This document shows, piece by piece, positions 57,563-64,000 of a DNA stretch of 64,000 nucleotides; within the stretch, counting starts at the first letter, position 1; every line of letters starts with the position of its first letter. The position numbers and the translations under genes are program-made. This DNA is from Eledone cirrhosa (Eukaryota), in NCBI GenBank assembly GCA_964016885.1, contig OZ024757.1:12090001-12154000 (forward strand), written 5' to 3'. The notes below the pieces were generated by a model. The model ran no database searches. It was not told the DNA's origin and saw only the letters and a program-made list of their open reading frames with translations.

Positions 57563-60500
57563 TAGACACAGAAGCGAGAAGCGAGAACCAACCAAACAGT
57601 GAGTGTGTTCTGTTATTAATTCTGGCAATATTACACAAATATGACCCTCCCCAAGTATAACAATATTTGTTTCGACACACGATTTCATATAAAAAACCTC
57701 GCAAAACTAATTCATCGCCGCTATGGCATTAGCTTGTGCCAAGCTGAAAGGTTATTGAAAGACACTGTTTTCTGTTATATAAAAACTACAATAACAACAG
57801 AACAAATACGCTTCTTACAACACTGTGTTTCCTCCAAAACATACACAACAAACATATCAAAACAAGTAAATAATTTATTATTGAACAAAACACAAGCCGA
57901 ACGACTAAAACACACAATAACAGTTAATATGAAAAGAACAACATACACAAAAGTCAACGAACTTTACAGACAGAAACGCATTAACGGTAAGGAAATCCGA
58001 AATCTCATCACACCAAACGAGAGGGATAACTTCATGAGCGTCATCCGACGTGAAACGAAATACGCTCGAAACGAATGCAATAGGCATTTCAATAAGAAAT
58101 TAGAATGGATGAATAAGAAAAAACTACAAGAAAGGAAAATCGAATATTCTCGAAAATACCCAGAAAACATCGACAATATCCGTATGACTGATGTAAGACT
58201 ACCGGAAGAATTTACTAATGACCACACAGTAAATATTTATGGGAACACTTTAATCAGTGAACAAGAACAACAAATCCTGCGGCTACCACCAAAATTTGCC
58301 ATCTACAAAAAGATTAACCCTATGGAGTGCAAAACGGAGCTAGAAAAGTGTTTCACGAAAATACGTTGGAATGCAAAGGTAAACAACAACAACAACAACA
58401 ATAATAACGGTAGTAGTAATATAAACAATAACTCTGAGTATAGAAATAACAGTAATAACAATAACAATAGCAGGAAAGTGAGAAATAGTGATAATGGTAA
58501 TAATACTAGCGATATACAGAACAACAACAACCACAATAATAATAATAATAGAAACATTAACCACAGACACAGCAGCAGCGACCACAGTAGTAATAACGGT
58601 AACAATACGAACAACAACAACAATAACCACAGTGGTAATAATGGAAATAGTACATGTAGCAACATCAATGATAGACACAACAAAAACAAGAAACATAATA
58701 AAAGTAACAACCACAATGGTAGAGATAACAGTAACAACAACAACAATAACGGTGAAGTAAACAACAATACATCTAGCAATCATAACAATAATAATAATGC
58801 TAATGATAGAAACAACAACAACCACCACGATAACAATAATAGCAACACACACAACTATGACGATAGATATAATGACAACCCCTTAGAGAAACTATTTTTC
58901 AATCCATCTGACAAAACATATAAGATGGGTAATATCTATCCTACGAGGTTACCCTTTAATAAAAGAGTTTGCATACCACAACAAATAGATGACGAGACAG
59001 AGGCACAGTTCACCATAGCTAGAAATAAGATTAGACAAATAGTAGACAGGTATACTAAGAGACAGAGCAGACCAGAGGCCCAACAACTTGGGAGGAAACC
59101 TGTAGAGGCTTGGTTAGCCTCAAGCAGCGCACAAGGGATGGTGAGGTAGTATGTCTACCCACGGATAAGTCTGGTAGGATGTCAATAGATAGCATGCCGA
59201 ACTACATCAAGGCTATGCAACCCCACATCACCAACACGAGCGAAATTGCACAACAAACACACGATGGGAGAGAGAAAATTCTCAACGCTCACATGATGAT
59301 GTGGACTGACATCCTAAAGCCAAGCAGACGCACTGCCAACAACTTCCAGGCGTCTAACAATGGCATACCACCCTTGTATGGGCTCCGCCAAGACCACAAG
59401 ACAGTCGACGACCCGACAACAGGACCACCAACAAGACCCGTATGCGGAGCTAATATAGCTAGCAACTACAGGATCTCCTACTTCCTCTCAATGGTTATAC
59501 GCCCCATAATCAAGATGTCCCCAGATGTATGTGACAGTACAGAGGACCTCCTCAGCAGAATCAGTGAGTGCAACAAAAACAGGAACCTATCCAACTGCAT
59601 AATAGGCAGCATGGATGTGGTGTCACTGTACCCATCCATTAACATTGATTTTGCTGTGAAAAGATGTGTGGAGATGATCATTGAGAGTGAGGTGGAGTTC
59701 TGCGACGTCGATACAGACGAACTGGGCCTCCTACTTAGACTTACCTACGACACTGACTACCTAGACAGCCACGACCTTAGATGTTTCTGCCCTAGTAGAC
59801 CTATAAGATGTAGACCCCCCACCATAACCTCTATGGCAAAAAAGACTCCCATGGGAAGGTGGATTGGGTGGACCAAAGCTATACGGACCCCCCAAACAAT
59901 GATCAGGTAAGAAAAATGGTCGCACATGCAATAGGGGCTAGTATCAAAACTACCCTAAAGGGCCACATATTTAAGTTCAACGAGAAGATCTACACCCAAA
60001 ATGAGGGAGCAGCCATCGGCGTCAGCATAGCTGGTGATGTTGCCAACCTTTTCATGGTATGGTGGGAAAGGAGACTTAAAGATCTCCTTAATGAGAGCTC
60101 CATAGACCACATCATGTACTCTCGTTATGTAGACGATATCAATATAGTTATAAGAACACCCCCACTAGAGAGCACTAACAAGTTTGATTTAGAACGTAGC
60201 ACGATGGAAAACATCCAGCAGATAGCTAATTCCATACACCAGAGTATAACTGTAACTATCGACTTCCTTTCCAAACACCCTAACAGTAGACTACCTGTAT
60301 TAGACACAGAACTCTGGATTAACACTATAGACGAAAGAGCCCAAATTCTCCACTCACACTATTCTAAACCCATGGCCTCCAAATACCTGATACTCAAAAA
60401 CTCAGCAATGTCCAGTAGTGCTAAGTTTAATATTCTGATAGCAGATTTGGTACGAGTGATGAAGAATGTGTCCCGCATGTGCGACCCAACAGAAATGGAA

Positions 60501-61736
60501 AGACACATCCAACACTTCATCAACCGCATGCAGTTCTCTGGCTACAACCAAAGAGACAGAGTCAGAGTATACGAAGGAGCCATGGAGAAGTATAAGACCC
60601 TCATAGAACTGGACATGAAAGGAATTTGCCCATTATACAGGAGAAAATCATGGAATAGTTTAGATAGGGCTAGACATAAGATAGGGAAGGCCACCTCATG
60701 GTACGACAACGAGAGATACCAGAGTGTCATGTTTGTGGACGCTACCCCTGGAGGGAAATTAGCTAACCAGTGTAGAAGGGCCCTGAGAAAAACCCACTTA
60801 AAAATAAAGGTGGTAGAAAAGCCAGGAACCACCATAAAATCTCTGATCAGCAAAACCTACCCTTTTAAGAAAACCCACTGTACCAATAGGAAATGTATCA
60901 TATGTAAGGTGAACCCCCGGATAAACTGTAAAACTAGAAACGTAGTCTATAGCATAGGATGTACAGAGGGTACCTGCAGAAACATGACAACAACATACAT
61001 AGGTGAGACAGCTCGTAGAATAGGTGAAAGGATAGACCAACACTGGGGGGAACTAAAAGGACGAAAAAACGGGTCAGTACTATACGAACATGCTAGACAA
61101 CAACATGACGGTAACATAGACAACATAGAAATTAGAATAATATCTAAACATAGAAATGACCCAGCAGATAGGCAAATCAGAGAGGCCAGTGAAATAGAAA
61201 TTAGAAGACCAAGGCTAAACAGAAAGAATGAATGGAATAACAACAACACCCAAACAAACAACACTGACCTAAGAGAAGTATAAATAAGTAAATAAAATAA
61301 AATAAATAAATAAATACATACACAAGCACAATAACAACAAGCACATAAACACACACTGGCCACCCATCACACAGCAAACAAAACACTATACACACACGCA
61401 AACGCATGCGCAAAGAAGACAAAATAAAATAAACAAACAAGCAAATAAATAAATAAATATATAGACAGACTAAATAAAAATGGCGTAGACATACAATACA
61501 ACAGGAGGAAAATATAACACCACTGACGATGTTGCAGATGTGCAACGAAAGATTTATGATAAACTATATATATGTGTTTGTGTCTATATTGTATTTGTAT
61601 TATTTTTGACCGTCGGTCAGTCAATGGCAACATTGAGGACCGAAAGCGAGAAGCGAGAACCAACCAAACAGTGAGTATGTTCTGTTATTAATTCTGGCAA
61701 TATTACACAAATATGACCCACCCCAAGTATAACAAT
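57563..61736 (+). mobile_element. Penelope-like element 6, full-length, two frameshifts (relative of PLE4)
   Basis: ORF pieces 57641-59149, 59110-59910 and 59859-61283 are collinear with PLE4; ~95 bp direct terminal repeat (57571-57665 and 61644-61736); (TA)n on both sides. Confidence 0.93.
61519..61560 (+). ncRNA. Type I minimal hammerhead with extra base after A9 (PLE6 pLTR)
   Basis: CA-CTGACGA-t-GTTGCA-gatg-TGCAAC-GAAAG-at-TTA-TG. Confidence 0.7.
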
Positions 61737-61738
61737 AT

Positions 61739-61784
<46 letters not shown>

Positions 61785-61793
61785 ATATATAGG

Positions 61794-61828
<35 letters not shown>

Positions 61829-61839
61829 GTATATATAGG

Positions 61840-61955
<116 letters not shown>

Positions 61956-61956
61956 C

Positions 61957-62024
<68 letters not shown>

Positions 62025-62028
<4 letters not shown>

Positions 62029-64000
62029 TAGAAAGATCGAGTATCGAAAAATCGGCGCACGAGTTCACGATAAACGAAATTCGATATGAGCGGCAGAGGG
62101 CTCAATAATTCAGATGAATCAGAGCTATAACTATCGTTAAAATACCGTCACATATAGAACAAGTCTACAATCAACCATACGATTTAAAATCGATAGAGGA
62201 AGATTCGGGCCAAACAGATAAAAAATATCAATAAAACAATACGTCAATAATTTAAATGAATGTAAAATCATACCCGGACCCACTAGACAGGTGTTAAATC
62301 TAGCTTCATGGGTTTCTGTAAATCCTTAGACTGTACTCTATCAGCTCACATATAAATATAAAAGCCTACTAGAGTAAGCGGAACGGAGGTTTACTTTCTC
62401 AACGAGTTTTTTCCTGGCGGCAGAGGAGCCAACTACCAGTGAAAAACGCACATGGCATTAGACAAGGGAGATGACCCCTATATCCGCGAAAACAATTCGA
62501 GTGAATGTGGAAATACACATATCGAATTAGAGTGCTCAATAGACATGTTAAAATAAAACAAAAGCTATTCATCACTCAATAGAATCGACAAAAAATGAGC
62601 AATAAAATTAACTGGTGGATAGCTATGTCCAGAGCTAAATATATTAGAAAGATCGAGTATCGAAAAATCGGCGCACGAGTTCACGATAAACGAAATTCGA
62701 TATGAGCGGCAGAGGGCTCAATAATTCAGATGAATCAGAGCTATAACTATCGTTAAAATACCGTCACATATAGAACAAGTCTACAATCAACCATACGATT
62801 TAAAATCGATAGAGGAAGATTCGGGCCAAACAGATAAAAAATATCAATAAAACAATACGTCAATAATTTAAATGAATGTAAAATCATACCCGGACCCACT
62901 AGACAGGTGTTAAATCTAGCTTCATGGGTTTCTGTAAATCCTTAGACTGTACTCTATCAGCTCACATATAAATATAAAAGCCTACTAGAGTAAGCGGAAC
63001 GGAGGTTTACTTTCTCAACGAGTTTTTTCCTGGCGGCAGAGGAGCCAACTACCAGTGAAAAACGCACATGGCATTAGACAAGGGAGATGACCCCTATATC
63101 CGCGAAAACAATTCGAGTGAATGTGGAAATACACATATCGAATTAGAGTGCTCAATAGACATGTTAAAATAAAGCAAAAGCTATTCATCACTCAATAGAA
63201 TCGACAAAAAATGAGCAATAAAATTAACTGGTGGATAGCTATGTCCAGAGCTAAATATATTAGAAAGATCGAGTATCGAAAAATCGGCGCACGAGTTCAC
63301 GATAAACGAAATTCGATATGAGCGGCAGAGGGCTCAATAATTCAGATGAATCAGAGCTATAACTATCGTTAAAATACCGTCACATATAGAACAAGTCTAC
63401 AATCAACCATACGATTTAAAATCGATAGAGGAAGATTCGGGCCAAACAGATAAAAGATATCAATAAAACAATACGTCAATAATTTAAATGAATGTAAAAT
63501 CATACCCGGACCCACTAGACAGGTGTTAAATCTAGCTTCATGGGTTTCTGTAAATCCTTAGACTGTACTCTATCAGCTCACATATAAATATAAAAGCCTA
63601 CTAGAGTAAGCGGAACGGAGGTTTACTTTCTCAACGAGTTTTTTCCTGGCGGCAGAGGAGCCAACTACCAGTGAAAAACGCACATGGCATTAGACAAGGG
63701 AGATGACCCCTATATCCGCGAAAACAATTCGAGTGAATGTGGAAATACACATATCGAATTAGAGTGCTCAATAGACATGTTAAAATAAAACAAAAGCTAT
63801 TCATCACTCAATAGAATCGACAAAAAATGAGCAATAAAATTAACTGGTGGATAGCTATGTCCAGAGCTAAATATATTAGAAAGATCGAGTATCGAAAAAT
63901 CGGCGCACGAGTTCACGATAAACGAAATTCGATATGAGCGGCAGAGGGCTCAATAATTCAGATGAATCAGAGCTATAACTATCGTTAAAATACCGTCACA
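62025..64000. repeat. 616-bp tandem repeat, at least 3.2 near-identical units, runs off the window
   Basis: Units start at 62025, 62641, 63257 and 63873; only isolated substitutions seen. Confidence 0.97.

Noticed and set aside
62025-64000. 5S rRNA, tRNA, snRNA or histone repeat; 36-aa ORF MSNKINWW..
   Set aside because: No recognisable motifs on either strand; the short ORF is unsupported.

Overview
AT-rich, microsatellite-rich animal DNA, most likely an octopus or other coleoid cephalopod. This is inferred from HCEICGKSF-type C2H2 arrays, CORE-type tRNA SINEs, RTE LINEs with (GAT)n tails and very long (TA)n tracts. Most ORFs in the supplied track (YIYI, ERER, antisense shadows) are artefacts. 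1-21.6 kb: four copies of a C2H2 zinc-finger duplicon in two subtypes (A-, B-, A+, B+). Two copies form a ~4 kb inverted duplication, and SINEs, Helitrons, RTE and CR1 LINEs are interspersed. 21.6-62 kb: a dense nest of retroelements in (TA)n tracts, dominated by Penelope-like elements (PLEs; RT plus C-terminal GIY-YIG) of two very different types. They carry tandem or inverted pseudo-LTRs and about 17 hammerhead-ribozyme-like motifs, many with non-canonical cores (U3:A8 swap, U4A, an extra base after A9, no stem II). The strongest lead is a pair of large PLEs (45.8-49.7 kb, 57.6-61.7 kb). They combine a C-terminal GIY-YIG with a telomerase-IFD-sized insertion between RT motifs A and B', an in-frame (AAC)n-derived Asn-rich tract, a shared NRF1/YY1-like plus variant-hammerhead module, and a common 3' end point. 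The window ends in a near-perfect 616-bp tandem array. All calls were made by eye and boundaries are approximate.
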